Below are positions 1 through 10,602 of a stretch of 64,000 nucleotides of DNA, one piece after another. The translations under genes and the position numbers were made by a program. The notes beneath the pieces are model-generated. The model had not been told where the DNA came from. It did no database searches and was given only the letters and a program-made list of their open reading frames with translations. How positions within the stretch are numbered: the stretch's first letter is position 1; each line of letters begins with the position of its first letter. Location: contig JAJOJK010000005.1 of assembly GCA_021208605.1 (NCBI GenBank), positions 10,214 through 74,213 of the forward strand, written 5' to 3'. The DNA comes from Candidatus Woesebacteria bacterium. Lineage in GTDB: Bacteria; Patescibacteriota; Microgenomatia; UBA1400; UBA1396.

Positions 1-769
1 GAATCGTTTTCTCTTTCGTTTCCCACTTCACGGCCTTTCCCAAACCAGACTTATGCTTGTGATGAATAATCACTACGCGCGGATCATACCAAATCTTCCA
101 CTTTCCCAAATGAAAGCGATAACACCAATCAATATCTTCGGCATACATGAAGTATGACTCATCAAGTAAACCAACTTCTTCCATCGCTGTTCTTCGTACA
201 ATCATTGCTGCGCCAGAACAGGCCTCAATCTCATGGGCGGTACTCAAATCCATCCATGACAAATGGTATCCAGCCGCCCACTTTCGTTGAGGAAAGCGCT
301 TTGCTAAACCTGAGTAGTACATCATGGCGTTCCAAGGAGTCGGGAAACCGCGGTGACTCGAAGGATCAATTTCTCCAGAATCAAGCTCCACTCGCGGAGT
401 GACAACTCCGATTTCTGGATCTTCGGCAAACACATCGAGCAATGACAACAGATTGGTCTGTGGTGGAAACTCAGTATCAGTATTCAAGAGCATAATGAAA
501 GGCGCACTGGCGTGTTGGATACCAACATTATTGCCCGCCGAAAATCCGCGGTTCTCGCCTAAGGCATACGTTTTTACCCACGGAAATTTCTGTTTTACCT
601 GCTCGAGGACTCCGTCACTAGAAGCATTGTCCACCAAAATAACTTCCAAGGGAGTTTTTTTCGGATCTGGATCCCATTCTGCTACGTTCGTAAAAGACGC
701 CAAACACTTCTCCACCCAACTCCAAGAGTTGTAGCTTACTAGAATGAGAGAAAGTTGTTTTTTGGCCAT
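1..769 (-). CDS. Glycosyltransferase family 2 (3' end runs off the window)
   Basis: Read manually from ATG at 769: MAKKQLSLILVSYNSWSWVEKCL...VILVDNASSDG...ENRGFSAGNNVG...LLNTD, which are GT2 motifs. Not in the ORF track because it is truncated. Confidence 0.9.
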   Translation of the reverse strand, partial: MAKKQLSLILVSYNSWSWVEKCLASFTNVAEWDPDPKKTPLEVILVDNASSDGVLEQVKQKFPWVKTYALGENRGFSAGNNVGIQHASAPFIMLLNTDTEFPPQTNLLSLLDVFAEDPEIGVVTPRVELDSGEIDPSSHRGFPTPWNAMMYYSGLAKRFPQRKWAAGYHLSWMDLSTAHEIEACSGAAMIVRRTAMEEVGLLDESYFMYAEDIDWCYRFHLGKWKIWYDPRVVIIHHKHKSGLGKAVKWETKEKTI

Positions 770-772
770 AAA

Positions 773-1972
773 TTACTGTGCTGCTTCTTGATAAATATCC
801 AGGAGTTCTTCGGAAATACTTTCCCACCCAAAGTGCTGTTCGACAAATTTTTTGCCCGCAGCGCCCAGCTTTTGCTGCAGCTTTTTGTCTTGCAGTAAAC
901 GGACCGTTTGGTCAGCCATTTCTTGAGCCGTGTCTGCCAAGAGGAACTCCTTGTCCGGTTCTGCGCCAATGCCTTCCAGCGCTATTCCAGTACCAATGAC
1001 CGGCGTGCGGGTGGCCATGGCCTCGAGGACTTTGTAGCGCGTCCCCTTCCCGCTAAAGACCGGAGCTAATAAAACGTTGGCTTGTGCATACTCATCGCGA
1101 ATATCTGGCACTCGGCCGGTGACAGTAATGTGGTCGTCGTTTTCGGAGTATTTGCGAATTTTTGTGGTGGGCGAAGCACCGGCAATGCGCAGATGAACCT
1201 CGGGCATCGCCTGACGAATCCTGGGCCACACCTCTTCCACCAAAAATTCAACCGCCTCAACATTGGGAAGCCAGTTAAACGTCCCCACAAAGAGCACTGT
1301 CGGATGCTCATTCAGCTGCTTCTTTTTTTCCTCAAAAAATTGGATGTCAACACCGTTGGAAACGACGGCAATGTTCTCTAAGTTCGGCATCACCTCTTCT
1401 ATGAAATCGCGGTCATCTTCAGAAACGGTGATGAGCTGGTCGCAACTCTGCCAATACTGCTTTTCCCAGTATTTAATTTTGGCAATGTCGATATTCAGAA
1501 TTGGTCGCAAAAACGGATACTGCTTGGTGATCTTCTGCGAAAATTTCTCGTAACCAAGATACTCAATCGTTTGTTCCACGAGCAAAGTTGGAATAGAAGT
1601 CTCTGGGATATTCGGCATCATGTAGAACGTTTCCACATGGATGAGATCGTACTCTTCAGAACTCAACTCCTGCGCGATCGCTGCCTTGACCGACATAACC
1701 ATATTTCGCGTCACCACAAAAGGATAGGGGGTCAGACCAGCGAGCAAAATGTTGCGCGGATGCCATGGCTTGGAGGTCCGCTTGAAAACACGAACCTTGC
1801 GACAGTACTTCTCCAATTCAGGTAAGTACTGCTTTTCATCTTCATGTTTAATTAAACTGAAAAGCGTTACATCATGCTCTTCAGAAATCTTTTTGAGCAA
1901 GTTGTAGGTTCGCACTTGGCCGCCACTCAAGAGTGGATACGGCAAGTATGGAGTAAGCATAAAAATTCGCAT
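773..1972 (-). CDS. Glycosyltransferase family 4 (GT-B)
   Basis: TPYLPYPLLSGGQVR, LFVGTFNWLPN and GKGTRYKVLEAMA motifs. Confidence 0.92.
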   Translation of the reverse strand: MRIFMLTPYLPYPLLSGGQVRTYNLLKKISEEHDVTLFSLIKHEDEKQYLPELEKYCRKVRVFKRTSKPWHPRNILLAGLTPYPFVVTRNMVMSVKAAIAQELSSEEYDLIHVETFYMMPNIPETSIPTLLVEQTIEYLGYEKFSQKITKQYPFLRPILNIDIAKIKYWEKQYWQSCDQLITVSEDDRDFIEEVMPNLENIAVVSNGVDIQFFEEKKKQLNEHPTVLFVGTFNWLPNVEAVEFLVEEVWPRIRQAMPEVHLRIAGASPTTKIRKYSENDDHITVTGRVPDIRDEYAQANVLLAPVFSGKGTRYKVLEAMATRTPVIGTGIALEGIGAEPDKEFLLADTAQEMADQTVRLLQDKKLQQKLGAAGKKFVEQHFGWESISEELLDIYQEAAQ

Positions 1973-1983
1973 CGATCTGATCC

Positions 1984-3576
1984 TTATTCGGTTTGGTACT
2001 CGTCTTCGGTACGTTGTGGTTGTTGGAGGTCGATAATAATGTAGTCGTCGGTCTTTTCCAGCACGGTGTACTCGGCTTCTAGGCGGCGTGCTTCGTCGTC
2101 ATAGGCGGTCGAAGCGTAGTACTGTGCTCCGGCAGCAATCTTATCTTCAATCTCGAATCCAATGGGCCAACCACGACGTTCGGTCTGGAATAAGAAAGTC
2201 GTGTCACCAAAACCTGGCGCGATGATGAGTGCGTCTTCGGGTGTCAGTCGTTGAATGGCCTCACCAGCACTGACATACGCCCAGTTATTCACATTGAACC
2301 ATCCCGATACCTCATACCAAGAAAAGGCCATGCTAAAAAGAGCGATAACACCAACGACCCCAGCCAACTCGATTTTCTGCCACACACCAGAACCCTGACG
2401 CACCAACCACACAGCCCCTCGCGCCCAAAGCAACACTAAAATTGGCACTAACGGCACTTGGTAGTAATCATGTTGCACATTTCCAGTCGCAAAAATGACC
2501 AAGTAGGCCAACATACCGAGGCCACCGAAAACCAAGGCCCCTTCTTCGCGCAGCCACGCGTCTTTATAGGCAAAAACCGCCTGCACCCATTGGCGGGGCG
2601 TTCGCAACTTCTTATACGTCCAGGCGCGCACGCCAGCCACCCAGCCAATCAGTAAAAATGAAGCACCCCAATAGCCAAACATCAGCCGGCCAATCCGGTC
2701 AGCAAACAACCAGCGCCACCAGGCTGGCTTCAAACGAATGCCGTTTCCGTTCAGCAACCAATCACTCGCTGGAATACCACTGGGGAACTGCTGAATCCAA
2801 GAGCGCCACCAAATGAGCGGAAGAACAGAAAGTCCCAGCACAACGGCGGCGGTCACCCAAGGCAGAACTCTCCACCGGCGATAGCGCCAAAAAATTCCAA
2901 TATAGAATGGCACAAAAAAGATTGCTACCGGCTTCACCAAGAGAGCGACAGCAAAAAACACGCCAGCCAACAGCAACCAGATCCAGTGTTTCCAGACTGT
3001 TTTTTTGCGTGCCACACCCATTCCCCAGACTTGAAGAGCAACTGCAGCCAGCAGCGCCCACATCACCATAAATGGCTCCGGCAAGACGACGCGACTGTAA
3101 TAGATGCTATACGGCAAAAAGGTAAACATCGCTCCCACCACAAACATAACGACGCGACCATACAAGTGGCGACTCAGATACAGCAGACAGAGCAAACTGA
3201 CGAAAGAAGCAGCAATCGATACGGCCCGGCTGGTAACAACAAGATCCAGCTCTGGCACCGTGAGCAGAATGCTGGCGGTCAAAGCATTTAACAGTGGAAA
3301 CTCTACCATGCGCCAGCCCTCCAGATTGAGCTCACCAGACTGGATGTTCGACACATCATGATAGCGCGGATGCAGTATATCGATGCCATCCCGCACAAAC
3401 TCGCGCGTCACACTGGCGGTATCGACTTGTCGAAACGAGTGCCAATCAGCCAAAGGAAAATCAATGCGATAGGAACGTACTGCCACAAAGGCAAGAATCA
3501 GAAACAAGATAAGCGCTATTTCGGTAATTCGCAACCACTGCCCCCAGGCAAATTTCGCCAAATGTTTCCGAGCCAC
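1984..3576 (-). CDS. GT-C membrane glycosyltransferase (ArnT/PMT_2-like)
   Basis: Multi-TM protein with DWHSFRQVDTA, EFPL, YYSRVVLPEP and LLVKP motifs. Confidence 0.85.
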   Translation of the reverse strand: MARKHLAKFAWGQWLRITEIALILFLILAFVAVRSYRIDFPLADWHSFRQVDTASVTREFVRDGIDILHPRYHDVSNIQSGELNLEGWRMVEFPLLNALTASILLTVPELDLVVTSRAVSIAASFVSLLCLLYLSRHLYGRVVMFVVGAMFTFLPYSIYYSRVVLPEPFMVMWALLAAVALQVWGMGVARKKTVWKHWIWLLLAGVFFAVALLVKPVAIFFVPFYIGIFWRYRRWRVLPWVTAAVVLGLSVLPLIWWRSWIQQFPSGIPASDWLLNGNGIRLKPAWWRWLFADRIGRLMFGYWGASFLLIGWVAGVRAWTYKKLRTPRQWVQAVFAYKDAWLREEGALVFGGLGMLAYLVIFATGNVQHDYYQVPLVPILVLLWARGAVWLVRQGSGVWQKIELAGVVGVIALFSMAFSWYEVSGWFNVNNWAYVSAGEAIQRLTPEDALIIAPGFGDTTFLFQTERRGWPIGFEIEDKIAAGAQYYASTAYDDEARRLEAEYTVLEKTDDYIIIDLQQPQRTEDEYQTE

Positions 3577-3579
3577 AGA

Positions 3580-5469
3580 TTACTTCTTTCGTTGCACGGA
3601 TTTCTTTTTACGCGTGCTTTTTTGTCGTCGCTTTTTGGTGGAGAGGTATCCTTTTTCACCGCCATGACGAGACTCGGCGGTTTCCTCTACCTTTTGCAGT
3701 AAAGCGGAAAGTTCTGAAGTTGCTATTTTTTTGGCTCGACGCTCAAAAGCGAATTGCTGTGCCACCACTCCATCCTTTACCAGGAGCGCCAGCGAAACAC
3801 CCACCACTAACCAGAGTGTGTAGGCCACCTTTGAAGCTACAAACACGTCGATATAGGTTCCATTGATCATCAGCGCAATGAGACCGCTAAAGAGACCGAT
3901 CGCCACCGCCGAATGCAGCGGGTCCGCACTCTGGCGGAAAGCGCGGTACGCATACCAAAGGACTAAACCAAGTGCACCGTAGTAGAAGAAGAAACCAAGC
4001 GCACCATTTTCGCCGAGAGTACGCAGGTAGTTATTATCAGTACTTTCAGCCTCGGTGAACTGCTCGACAGTCGTCTTGGTCAATGTGGCGTACCCAGACC
4101 CAACCACCGGATTATTGTAGAACCCTTGCATGGCTTGCGGCCACAGTGTTTCTAGGCGAATACAAAGTGACAAACTGTTGTTGATTGAACACTCGGAATA
4201 GACGCGTTCTTTGACCAACTTGTCACCCTTTTGGACCAACTCACCAGCCAGAGTCGCCGCCGGATCATCGAGTTCGTACTCTTTTTCTGGCACATCATCA
4301 TAGACATCCTGTGGACGCTCGGTAGTCGGCTGTGTATCGCTGACCGTCATGCCTTGTTCGTTGAGCTCCTTTTCGAGCTCGTCGGTTGACTTCGCACCCG
4401 CAGGCGGGCCACTCGGTTCTTTCTTTTTCAAGAACTCTAAATCCATAGCAATCACAGAAGAGGGATCTTCTTTAAATTTGGTAAATGTATCGTAGGCTTC
4501 ATGGACCTGTGGATACTTCTCTCGATCAACTAACTGAATAAAGCGGCTACTCAGATCGCCAACAGCCAAAAGCATAATTCCGCTCACCAAGTACACGACG
4601 AATCCACGCGAGAAAAAGAACCACCACGATTTACGCTGCAAAGCAAAAAACAACACCACAAAACCAATTCCAATCGCAAACCCGCCAAAGGAAGAACGTG
4701 CTCCCGACATTACCAGCAGCCATAAGCCAGCGAACCACGCAATTCCAGTCAACACGTACAAAATCACTCGCCATCGGCCACGTAACCAGCGTTCTGCTTC
4801 AGCATATTTTTTGCCTAATACAAAGAAGAAAGATAATGCGATTGGCAGAATAAATGCCAAATACGCACCTAAATCATAGTGACCAGCAAACGTAGACTGC
4901 ACCCGGGCGAAGGGGCCCAAATAGAGTCGGACACCTTTGCTAAACTCACGATTCATAGTCGAGTACACTGGCCAATACCAGAATTTCTGGCCGTAGCCAT
5001 AAAACACGACTGCCAACAACGTAATACCCATGGCGCCAAAGAGCACCAAAGCATCACGACGAGTTTTTACCGCTGAATAGGCAATAAAGAACAAAGAAAA
5101 GTACTGGATGTGTCGCATCCAGTGCAGCATCGATTTTCCAAAATGGAGCACTTCCGCAGGAATCGTTTGCGTCAAAACCACGCCGAGCACATTCGACAGC
5201 AATCCAGTCACTAAGTACGCCCCAATAAAGAGCGTCAAGGGAGTTCGCCAGTGCACTTTTTTGCGTAAAACTTGCAAACTCCACCACGCAAACACAAACA
5301 AGATAAAGAAATCTTCAAGACGAACCCGCACAATATACCCAGGAATAATTTCTCCCAGCGGGATTTTAGGGTACAAAGGGATAAAGATTATCAGGAACGC
5401 CGTCGCCAGCAATAAGAAATTATTGTCGAACCAGTTCCAAAGCTTCCTGATAAGTGCGCTGTTGACCAT
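3580..5469 (-). CDS. O-antigen ligase/polymerase (Wzy_C) family protein with a large extracytoplasmic loop
   Basis: RVQSTFAGHYDLG, SGARSS, NPVVGSGY and DNNYLRTLGENG motifs; many TM helices. Start uncertain (5469 or 5487). Confidence 0.82.
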   Translation of the reverse strand: MVNSALIRKLWNWFDNNFLLLATAFLIIFIPLYPKIPLGEIIPGYIVRVRLEDFFILFVFAWWSLQVLRKKVHWRTPLTLFIGAYLVTGLLSNVLGVVLTQTIPAEVLHFGKSMLHWMRHIQYFSLFFIAYSAVKTRRDALVLFGAMGITLLAVVFYGYGQKFWYWPVYSTMNREFSKGVRLYLGPFARVQSTFAGHYDLGAYLAFILPIALSFFFVLGKKYAEAERWLRGRWRVILYVLTGIAWFAGLWLLVMSGARSSFGGFAIGIGFVVLFFALQRKSWWFFFSRGFVVYLVSGIMLLAVGDLSSRFIQLVDREKYPQVHEAYDTFTKFKEDPSSVIAMDLEFLKKKEPSGPPAGAKSTDELEKELNEQGMTVSDTQPTTERPQDVYDDVPEKEYELDDPAATLAGELVQKGDKLVKERVYSECSINNSLSLCIRLETLWPQAMQGFYNNPVVGSGYATLTKTTVEQFTEAESTDNNYLRTLGENGALGFFFYYGALGLVLWYAYRAFRQSADPLHSAVAIGLFSGLIALMINGTYIDVFVASKVAYTLWLVVGVSLALLVKDGVVAQQFAFERRAKKIATSELSALLQKVEETAESRHGGEKGYLSTKKRRQKSTRKKKSVQRKK

Positions 5470-6535
5470 ACCGTCGCAGTATACCAAAAATTATCGTACG
5501 GAGAATGAGACCAATTGTGAGAATGCGGCGCAGGATCCACTCATCCAGGGGAGAACGATGTTTTTGCCACATATACAGCAATCCAGAAATTTCCCCGTGA
5601 ATAGATGCTTTGTGACCCGCGCTTGCAGAACCTAAGTGCGTCACTTTGGCCTTGGAGGACAAAGCCACATCCCAGTGACGGAGCGTGGCGCGCCAGCAGA
5701 GATCAACATCTTCGCCATACATGAAAATTTCGCTATCAAAACCGCCAATTTCATCAATGCAGGAGCGGGAGATCATCATCGCAGTTCCTCCGACCCAACC
5801 AACTTTGGCCAACGGCCGGCGGTGTAAGCGCCTCATATCATGCAAGTGGTGTTGGTAAGCCGGCAAGCGGTCGAGTCCGGGAATATCATCGAGAAAAGTA
5901 GCCCACAAAAAGACATTCCAGTTGGTGGGCAGGCTTCCGCCTTGGCGTTGCAGTGATTTGTCTTCGTTACGCAGCTCGGCGGCGATGATGCCGACATTGT
6001 CGAGTCGTGACTGCATGCGCGCCAATACAGAAGTTGATTTACTGGGACGACGACGAAACTGTTTGACCAAATTTTTGATTGTACTCGGCTGTACGAAAGC
6101 ATCGGAGTTCAAAAAGAACACATACTCCGCTGCACTCCCCGCTGCAGCCAAGTTGTTCGCGCGACCAAAACCAAGGTTGCGATCAGACGGAAACAAAACG
6201 ATTTCATGACCAGCCTCTTCTCCGGCGTAGACCGTAGAAACTGCGGTCACGTCTACCTTTACACTCGGAAAAGTATCAATAACATCGGCATTATGGAGCG
6301 TTTCTTGCCATGTCTGCCAGCGTTTTTTACTCGCCCGCAAACCGTACTTCCGGCGCAGCTGGTTCAGGGTTCGGTCAGTGGAACAGTTGTCCGCAACAAG
6401 AATCTCCAAATTCACGCCGGTCGATTTCAATACGGCATCAAGACATTTTTGTGTCAAAGCAGCGGTGTTGTACGAGACAACGACTACAGTTACTCGAGGA
6501 ATTTGGCGGTTTGTGCTCTCTGGCATATCTGGCAT
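5420..6535 (-). CDS. Glycosyltransferase family 2
   Basis: VVVVSYNT, DNCSTD, NLGFGRANN, FLNSDA and FMYGEDVDLCWR motifs. Start is one of 6544, 6535 or 6526. Confidence 0.88.
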   Translation of the reverse strand: MPDMPESTNRQIPRVTVVVVSYNTAALTQKCLDAVLKSTGVNLEILVADNCSTDRTLNQLRRKYGLRASKKRWQTWQETLHNADVIDTFPSVKVDVTAVSTVYAGEEAGHEIVLFPSDRNLGFGRANNLAAAGSAAEYVFFLNSDAFVQPSTIKNLVKQFRRRPSKSTSVLARMQSRLDNVGIIAAELRNEDKSLQRQGGSLPTNWNVFLWATFLDDIPGLDRLPAYQHHLHDMRRLHRRPLAKVGWVGGTAMMISRSCIDEIGGFDSEIFMYGEDVDLCWRATLRHWDVALSSKAKVTHLGSASAGHKASIHGEISGLLYMWQKHRSPLDEWILRRILTIGLILRTIIFGILRRYGQQRTYQEALELVRQ

Positions 6536-6596
6536 GGGGTGCATTATGGTCGGAAACCGTGTTTTGCACAAGGGGCGACACAGGTACAATACAGCT

Positions 6597-6833
6597 ATGC
6601 AAGTATTGACTGTGAAGGTTGTCCCGCAAGCAAAGCGTGAAAGCGTGGTACAACAGTCCGCAACCAACTTTACTATCTATGTTACCGAACCCGCGCAAAA
6701 AGGCAAAGCGAACAAAGCCATGCTGAAAGCGTTATCAAAACACTTGCATGTTCGTCCCTCAGACCTCATACTCTCCAAAGGAGAACGTTTCAACGAAAAA
6801 ACGGTCCTCTTGCTTGAGAATAAAACTGCATAA
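6597..6833 (+). CDS. DUF167/YggU family protein
   Basis: VKVVPQAK...VTEPAQKGKANKA...LILSKG; TACAAT box 6 nt upstream of the ATG. Confidence 0.85.
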   Translation: MQVLTVKVVPQAKRESVVQQSATNFTIYVTEPAQKGKANKAMLKALSKHLHVRPSDLILSKGERFNEKTVLLLENKTA

Positions 6834-6874
6834 AGATATATCATAGAGAATAGAGACTGACAGAAGGGGCACTT

Positions 6875-7888
6875 ATGAAACTCTTTGTAACCGGAGGAGC
6901 CGGGTTTATTGGTTCCAATTTTGTACGCTACTGGCTGAAGCACCATCCTGAGGATCACGTGGTCAATTACGATCTTCTCACCTACGCCGGTAATCTGGAA
7001 AACTTAGCCGAAATAGAAAACAATCCCCACTACACCTTCATTAAAGGTGACATCCGCGATCCAGAAGCCGTGCGCGAGGCGATGCGTGGCGCCAATGTGG
7101 TGGTCCACTTTGCGGCCGAATCTCATGTCGATCGCTCGATTACAGATCCATCTGGTTTCGTTACTACCAATGTGGTCGGAACGCAAGTTCTGCTCGATGC
7201 CGCCCGCGAACATGAAGTCCAACGCTTCCACCACGTCTCTACCGATGAAGTCTTTGGCTCGCTCGAGCTGGGATCAGAAGAAAAATTCACGCCGCATACT
7301 CCCTATGACCCGCGCAGTCCCTACTCCGCCAGTAAAGCCGGTAGCGACCACTTAGTCCGCGCCTATGGAGAAACATTTGGCTTGCCATGGACCATTACCA
7401 ACTGTTCCAACAACTACGGTCCGTACCACTTCCCAGAAAAACTCATCCCGTTGGCCATTACTAATATTCTGGAAGGAAAATCAGTGCCAGTGTACGGCGA
7501 CGGCCTCAACGTTCGCGACTGGCTCTATGTGGAAGACCACTGTCGCGCCATTGAAGCAGTGCTCCATCATGGCGAAGAGGAACATACCTACTTAGTCGGT
7601 GGCATGAGTGAAGATATTTCTAACTTGGACCTCGTCAAGATGATTCTCGAACTCATGGGAGCCGATGAATCTCTGATTACCTACGTCAAAGATCGCCCTG
7701 GTCACGACCGCCGTTACGCCGTTGACTGGAGCACGACACAAGCAGATCTCGGCTGGGAACCTTCCGTCACCTTAGAAGAAGGCCTGCAACAGACCATCGA
7801 CTGGTACCGTGAACACGAAGACTGGTGGCGCCGCGTAAAATCGGGCAGTTACCAGGACTACTACACCAAACAGTACGGAAACGAATAA
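6875..7888 (+). CDS. rmlB: dTDP-glucose 4,6-dehydratase
   Basis: VTGGAGFIG, HFAAESHVDRS, STDEVFG, YSASK and DRPGHDRRY motifs. Confidence 0.97.
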   Translation: MKLFVTGGAGFIGSNFVRYWLKHHPEDHVVNYDLLTYAGNLENLAEIENNPHYTFIKGDIRDPEAVREAMRGANVVVHFAAESHVDRSITDPSGFVTTNVVGTQVLLDAAREHEVQRFHHVSTDEVFGSLELGSEEKFTPHTPYDPRSPYSASKAGSDHLVRAYGETFGLPWTITNCSNNYGPYHFPEKLIPLAITNILEGKSVPVYGDGLNVRDWLYVEDHCRAIEAVLHHGEEEHTYLVGGMSEDISNLDLVKMILELMGADESLITYVKDRPGHDRRYAVDWSTTQADLGWEPSVTLEEGLQQTIDWYREHEDWWRRVKSGSYQDYYTKQYGNE

Positions 7889-7913
7889 AGGACAGCACAA
7901 CCAAAGGAGCACT

Positions 7914-8444
7914 ATGCAGATAGCTGAAGAATACAAGACCGCCCTTTCCACTCAGGGTTACAAAGAAAAAACCACCATTGATGGTGTCGAGATTCTGACC
8001 CAACCACTCTACCGCGATGATACCGGTAATTTCACCGAAGTCGTCCGATTGACTGACGGGCATGTTGAAGGCTTAGAAGGATTTGAAGTCCGCCAAACCA
8101 GTTTGTCACTCATGATGCCTGGCGTTATTAAGGCCTTCCATGTCCACGAAAACCAGGAAGATCTCTGGTACGTGCCACCTTACAACCGCATTGTCGCCAA
8201 CTTAGTTGACCTGCGCGCCGATTCTCCCACTAAAAACAACCACATGCGTATTGTCCTTGGCGGCTACAGCAACACGCTGCTGCGCATTCCGGCTGGCATC
8301 GCTCACGGAGCAGGGAACTTGTGGCACGAACCACAAACGCTCATCTACTTTGTCACCAATCAATTCAATCCAGACCAGCCAGACGAACACCGTTTGCCAT
8401 GGGACTTCTTTGGTCCAGAAATGTGGGAAGTCGAGCGAGGCTAA
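7914..8444 (+). CDS. rmlC: dTDP-4-dehydrorhamnose 3,5-epimerase family (cupin)
   Basis: GVIKAFHVH, DLRADSPT and IPAGIAHG motifs; lies between rmlB and rmlD. Confidence 0.88.
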   Translation: MQIAEEYKTALSTQGYKEKTTIDGVEILTQPLYRDDTGNFTEVVRLTDGHVEGLEGFEVRQTSLSLMMPGVIKAFHVHENQEDLWYVPPYNRIVANLVDLRADSPTKNNHMRIVLGGYSNTLLRIPAGIAHGAGNLWHEPQTLIYFVTNQFNPDQPDEHRLPWDFFGPEMWEVERG

Positions 8445-8447
8445 GGC

Positions 8448-9296
8448 ATGAGCGCAGAGACACCTCACTCCAAAACTCCCGTTATGGGCACCGGTCTTTC
8501 CGGCCTGGTTGGCAGTCGAATTGTCGACCTTCTGGGCGATCGCTACTCTTTCCAGAATTTGGATCGGACAGAAGGCATCGATATCCTCAATCAAGAACAA
8601 ATTGAAAACATTGTGGCCAACTCAGCCGCCAAAACCATGCTGCACTTGGCGGCCTTTACCGACCTCAACACCGCTCAAAAAGAAGCCGGTGATACATCAG
8701 GAATTGTCTATCAAGTCAACGTGGAAGGCACGCGCACCATCGCTGCCGCCTGCGCTCGCCATGGTGTGCACTTGATCCACCTGTCCACCGGATATGTGTT
8801 TGATGGCGAAAAAAACGAGCCGTACACCGAAACCGACCCCACCAATCCGGTCGACTGGTACTCCGAGACAAAGCTGAAAGCCGAGGAAGTTGTCACCGAA
8901 CTCACCTCAGAAGCCACTATTCTGCGCATCAATTTCCCCTACCGCCAAGACGAGTTTCCCAAAGCTGACATCTGGCACAAAATGGCCAACGCCTTGCGCG
9001 AGGGCAAAACTGGTCCTTTCTTTGACGACCATTTTTTCACGCTGACACCCATTGAGTGGTTTGCTGATATCGTCGACTGGGCAATCACCGCCAAACCAGC
9101 CGGTATTTTCCACGCTACCACCGACACGGTTTACACCGACCTGTCTCTGGCCACGGAAATTCGTGACTCGCTTGGACTTACCCAAGAACTCACCGGGAGC
9201 AGTGTCCACACGTATAACCAAACCGCCGAGCGACCATACGCACCTTCTCTCATACTCTCAAATGAAAAACTGAAAGCCGCACTCAAGACCTCCTAA
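8448..9296 (+). CDS. rmlD: dTDP-4-dehydrorhamnose reductase family
   Basis: GLSGLVG, HLAAFTD, STGYVFDG and YSETK motifs. Confidence 0.88.
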   Translation: MSAETPHSKTPVMGTGLSGLVGSRIVDLLGDRYSFQNLDRTEGIDILNQEQIENIVANSAAKTMLHLAAFTDLNTAQKEAGDTSGIVYQVNVEGTRTIAAACARHGVHLIHLSTGYVFDGEKNEPYTETDPTNPVDWYSETKLKAEEVVTELTSEATILRINFPYRQDEFPKADIWHKMANALREGKTGPFFDDHFFTLTPIEWFADIVDWAITAKPAGIFHATTDTVYTDLSLATEIRDSLGLTQELTGSSVHTYNQTAERPYAPSLILSNEKLKAALKTS

Positions 9297-9299
9297 AGC

Positions 9300-10313
9300 A
9301 TGAAACCATCGTTTCGCCATATATTGTTTCGCTCGCTGGCAGTTCTGTTTTTGGGTTCGCTGACCGTTTTTTTTGCCTTGGTACTGATGGCAACATTTTC
9401 TGATCGCTGGGAGCAAACACCACTGCTGCAGCCATTGCGCGGTGCCATCCAAACCTTCCGAACGCAAACGCTCCAGCGTTTTTCGGAATCCCCGGCGGCT
9501 GAACCGACGCCAAGTATTACGGCTGTTGAGGTCGAAACAGTCATGGCTCACCTGCGTGCAGAAAACAACGTCGCCACTCCTTCAGCCAACCAAGCCCTCG
9601 AAAAGTTCGCTCGTCTGCTTACCCTGGAAATTGAAGATCAAAACTCGCTACAACTCGAAAATACAAATCGGATTTTAGAATCGCTCACTACCACGCCTCC
9701 CGAAAAAGTAGAAATTCTCTCGCTCTTTGCACCACTTTCAGGAAACTTTGACCTCAAAACCGAACTCGCTGAAGACGAAGTCTTTGCCAATAAAAACCTC
9801 ACCGAATTTGGCATTGCCACGCGCAGCGCTTCTCTTGGTTCCACTTCAGGAACCATTGTGTCGCTTGTTCTTTCCACGCCTTTTACCGACACGGTTTCGC
9901 CGCAAACAGCGCAGACGCAATCGCAAGCGCCCGTACAAGCCCGTCCCACTTACACCGGCGAAGACCTCTGGGCAGCTGTCCAGGCGTATCGCCGGGCGCA
10001 TAGCTTACCCGAGTTCCAGCAATCGAATGAACTCTGTACCGTGGCCAGTATTCGCCTGAACGAGCAACTGGAGCTCGGCCGACTCGACAATCACGACGGT
10101 TTTGATGCCCGTGCCGATCAATTTTTTGCTGACCACCCATCCTGGACCAACATCAATGAAAACCTGGCAGCTGGCTACAGCACCGCGGTCCAAGCAGTGG
10201 AATGGGGCTGGGATCAAAGCCTGGGGCATAAAGCCCTTATTCAAAGTCGCGAGTATCCGTACGCCTGTACGGCCGCAAACCATGGCTTTGCGGTCTTGAT
10301 TACCGGCTCGTAG
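9300..10313 (+). CDS. Membrane-anchored CAP (SCP) domain protein
   Basis: N-terminal TM; YRRAHSLP...HDGF...ENLAAG...W..SLGH; a probable degenerate second CAP repeat upstream. Confidence 0.8.
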   Translation: MKPSFRHILFRSLAVLFLGSLTVFFALVLMATFSDRWEQTPLLQPLRGAIQTFRTQTLQRFSESPAAEPTPSITAVEVETVMAHLRAENNVATPSANQALEKFARLLTLEIEDQNSLQLENTNRILESLTTTPPEKVEILSLFAPLSGNFDLKTELAEDEVFANKNLTEFGIATRSASLGSTSGTIVSLVLSTPFTDTVSPQTAQTQSQAPVQARPTYTGEDLWAAVQAYRRAHSLPEFQQSNELCTVASIRLNEQLELGRLDNHDGFDARADQFFADHPSWTNINENLAAGYSTAVQAVEWGWDQSLGHKALIQSREYPYACTAANHGFAVLITGS

Positions 10314-10315
10314 GG

Positions 10316-10333
10316 TGTAAAGCCCACTTTACA
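10316..10333. promoter_or_regulatory. Palindromic operator TGTAAAG-N4-CTTTACA (probable XRE autoregulator site)
   Basis: Perfect 7-4-7 palindrome at the -35 position of the XRE gene promoter (-10 TACACT at 10351). Confidence 0.7.
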
Positions 10334-10362
10334 TTCATCACTCCGTTCACTACACTAAAAAC

Positions 10363-10602
10363 ATGCTGCTTTTCATCTGCCTAGCAGTCCTTATCATGTA
10401 TGTAGCAAATATTGTCGGCACTTTGAGAAAAGAACGCCAGCTGACGCAAGTGGAGTTGGCTGAGGCGGTGGGTGTGTCACGGCAAACCGTCATTGCCATT
10501 GAAAAAGGCAACTACACACCCTCTGTCACCCTCGCTCTCAAAATTGCGGCTTTTTTTCAAACCCCCGTAGAAAGTATCTTTACTCTCCATGATGCCACGT
10601 AA
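10363..10602 (+). CDS. XRE-family HTH transcriptional regulator
   Basis: LTQVELAEAVGVSRQTVIAIEKGNYTPSVTLALKIA; start may be 10396. Confidence 0.92.
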   Translation: MLLFICLAVLIMYVANIVGTLRKERQLTQVELAEAVGVSRQTVIAIEKGNYTPSVTLALKIAAFFQTPVESIFTLHDAT

